The notes under the pieces are model-generated. The model ran no database searches, was not told the origin of the DNA, and saw only the letters and a program-made list of their open reading frames with translations. A stretch of 64,000 nucleotides of DNA from Callorhinchus milii (lineage: Eukaryota). Position 1 is the first letter of the stretch; every line of letters begins with the position of its first letter. This document shows, one piece after another, positions 63,008 to 64,000 of this stretch. The stretch lies in NCBI RefSeq assembly GCF_018977255.1, contig NW_024704742.1, forward strand, positions 103,356,001 through 103,420,000. The letters are read 5' to 3'. A program made the translations under genes and the position numbers.

Positions 63008-63245
63008 GAACGTGGGCAACATTAGTAGGGCCAGCATTTATTGCTGATCTCTAATTATCCAGTCTGAGTGTTTTTGCTTGGCCGTTTCAGAGCACATTCA
63101 AAGACAACCACATAGTGTGGGCCTGGAAAAATGTGTAGGCCAGACTGGGTAAGGATGGCAGAATTTCTTCCCTGAAAGACTTTCGTGAATCATTTAAGTT
63201 TTTGCAACAATCTGTCAGTTTTTATAGCCTTTTTTCTAGCGCCAA
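63008..63245 (-). mobile_element. SINE with MetaSINE-like core (tentative)
   Basis: Minus strand gggaagaaattctgccatccttacccagtctggcctacac...atgtggttgtctttgaatgtgctctgaaacggcc...caataaatgctggcc resembles the Meta domain as I recall it. Confidence 0.5.
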
Positions 63246-63251
63246 CTTAAA

Positions 63252-63651
63252 TTACAATGAAGTCCCGCTATAACATGGTCATTGGAGATTCCCAATAACC
63301 CAACTGGCTTTATAATGCGATAGCCAGATTCACTGTACATGTGCACGACCAACCGATTTGGTTCTTGCACTTCCCAGTCATCGGGTTACCAATGATGTCA
63401 CTTCCTATGTGTTGCGCATGCGTAAAGCAGGAAACGATGTCGACAGCAACCAAATTACTAGAAAGTCAACCATTTAGTTGGTTATCAGGTACCTACTGAA
63501 ATCACTTCCTGCTATTTGAGTGCGCGAGCGGTTTTGTGTGTGAGAGGCAAACAGGCTGGCTGCATGCAATTGTGGCGAATGGAGTCCACGGTGTAGCATC
63601 AAAACCGAATCATCACTATAAGTTAACATATTATAAAGGGACAAAACTGCA
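63252..63651. mobile_element. Possible Tigger/pogo-like non-autonomous DNA element
   Basis: Degenerate TIRs tacaatgaagtcccgctataac / attataaagggacaaaactgca; CpG-richer interior. Confidence 0.4.
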
Positions 63652-64000
63652 CAAAATTTTGGAATTAAAACACAACATTACAGAGTGGGCCTTGAATCCA
63701 TGACTTATGGGATACTGTTCCATAAGTACAGTTGTTTGTCAGCATGCACAGTTACAATAAGAATTCCCACTATAAGAACAGTATGAACTCTTTGGTCTTA
63801 ATGGCAGACACACATGCACACTCCTGCTCCCAGTGATTTAAATACAAGTTTCCAAATGAGACTGTTGAGGGAGTACTGGCCGAAGTAATCATCGTGAAGA
63901 TATTTGAATATTACTGTAAATAACACTGAAGTTATCATTACTCAGCCATTACAATAAATTTCAAAGCTATTTTCTCTAAGTTTAATTAAAACCCATTTAT

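Overview
Vertebrate genomic DNA, most likely from a cartilaginous fish (chimaera/shark-like; inferred from the CR1 + L2 + Deu-SINE repeat landscape, not from a database hit). The only host gene I can support is the 3' half of KCNN2 (SK2, small-conductance Ca2+-activated K+ channel) on the minus strand. Its five constitutive coding exons lie at 61020-61161, 59103-59213, 56338-56465, 47677-47746 and 40347-40634, all with GT-AG boundaries in compatible phase, followed by a 3'UTR. A 9-nt microexon at 55485-55493, absent from the ORF track, would insert Ala-Arg-Lys into the calmodulin-binding domain (the known SK2-ARK variant); a TGCATG (RBFOX) motif lies just downstream of it. Bases 1 to ~39.7 kb are intergenic, with no supportable host exon. 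The window is otherwise filled with CR1 and L2 LINE fragments, several SINE families, MITEs, a candidate solo LTR and Penelope-like remnants. Two L2 copies retain their 5' ends and carry complementary internal deletions. Nearly all other listed ORFs are retroelement debris or chance ORFs. Repeat boundaries are approximate and family names are from memory.
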